A stretch of 36,668 nucleotides of DNA from an uncultured Pseudomonadales bacterium (GTDB lineage: Bacteria; Patescibacteriota; Microgenomatia; UBA1400; PJMF01): the NCBI GenBank assembly GCA_964423285.1, contig CAYREI010000002.1, forward strand, positions 11,753-48,420. Reading direction: 5' to 3'. The position numbers and the translations under genes were made by a program. The notes under the pieces were generated by a model that worked only from the letters and a program-made list of their open reading frames with translations, did no database searches and was not told the DNA's origin. Positions 35,983-36,668 of this stretch are shown piece after piece. Within the stretch, counting starts at the first letter, position 1; each line of letters opens with the position of its first letter.

Positions 35983-36668
35983 ATGTCAGACGACAGCAAG
36001 AAATTCAAGCGTAATAAGCCTCACGTTAATGTGGGCACCATTGGTCATGTTGATCATGGTAAAACTACTCTTACTGCTGCTATTACTCAAACTTTGGCCA
36101 AAAAAGTTCCGAGTGATATCAATAAGCCACTTCAATATTTGGATATTGATAATGCTCCTGAGGAAGCAGCTCGAGGTGTAACAATTAATATTTCACACAT
36201 TGAATATGAGACTGAAAAACGTCACTATGCTCATATTGATGCTCCAGGTCATGCTGACTACATTAAAAACATGATTACAGGCGCTGCTCAAATGGATGGT
36301 GCAATTTTAGTGGTGGCAGCCAATGATGGTCCAATGCCTCAAACTAGAGAACACATTCTTTTAGCCAAACAAGTGAATGTCCCAAAAATTATTGTAGCTT
36401 TAAACAAAGTTGACATGGTTGATGATCCAGAGCTTTTAGATTTGGTAGAGATGGAAGTTAGAGAGCTTTTGACCAAATATAAGTTTGATGGCGACAATGT
36501 TCCAATAATTCGTGTCAGTGCGCTTAAAGCTTTAGAAGGAGATGAAGCAGCTCAAGAGAAAATTATGGAGTTAATGAATGCCGTTGATGAATATATTCCA
36601 GAGCCGGTTCGTGAACTTGATAAACCATTTTTAATGCCAATTGAAGATGTTTTTTCAATCAAAGGTCG
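35983..36668 (+). CDS. tuf: Elongation factor Tu (3' end outside window; absent from ORF track)
   Basis: [54 protein letters not shown]; SD AAGGAG. Confidence 0.98.
   Translation, partial: MSDDSKKFKRNKPHVNVGTIGHVDHGKTTLTAAITQTLAKKVPSDINKPLQYLDIDNAPEEAARGVTINISHIEYETEKRHYAHIDAPGHADYIKNMITGAAQMDGAILVVAANDGPMPQTREHILLAKQVNVPKIIVALNKVDMVDDPELLDLVEMEVRELLTKYKFDGDNVPIIRVSALKALEGDEAAQEKIMELMNAVDEYIPEPVRELDKPFLMPIEDVFSIKG

Noticed and set aside
1-36668. Alternative genetic code 25 (TGA=Gly) as in Gracilibacteria/Absconditabacteria
   Set aside because: Long conserved ORFs have no in-frame TGA, and TGA ends prmC and the 21113 gene

Overview
Ordinary chromosomal segment (no prophage, IS, CRISPR, tRNA or rRNA seen) of an AT-rich (roughly one-third GC by eye), very compact bacterial genome using genetic code 11. 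Gene content (short AlaRS, GT-C glycosyltransferases, sortase, baseplate-J-like membrane protein, divergent RNAP motifs, mltG directly before rpoB) points to Patescibacteria/CPR, most likely Microgenomates; this is an inference. Left part: transketolase end, GT-C, RecB-like PD-(D/E)XK nuclease, MFS, a thiol-redox cluster (dsbA, blaI-like, carD-like, Trx-DsbD-like, ahpD-like), Nudix, endoQ-uvrD, second GT-C, pepS-map, lemA-TPM-prmC. Right part: yqeY, rodZ-like, ytxG/H-like, alaS, FtsA-like/baseplate-J-like protein, sortase, ruvX, mltG, rpoB, rpoC, rpsL, rpsG, fusA, tuf (truncated). Most interesting signals: (1) a BlaI-type operator (TACTAC-N5-GTAGT) placed identically over the -10 boxes of dsbA and of a Cys-rich blaI that has no BlaR partner nearby; (2) pervasive -10 boxes 6-9 nt before start codons, suggesting leaderless transcription; (3) an actin-fold/TM/baseplate-J protein translationally coupled to a sortase; (4) EndoQ and UvrD each ending in a clamp-binding-like motif; (5) RNA polymerase with many substitutions in the rifampicin pocket, bridge helix and trigger loop; (6) a structured rpoB leader and an unannotated 36-aa ORF. 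All family calls come from motif recognition by eye, without database searches.
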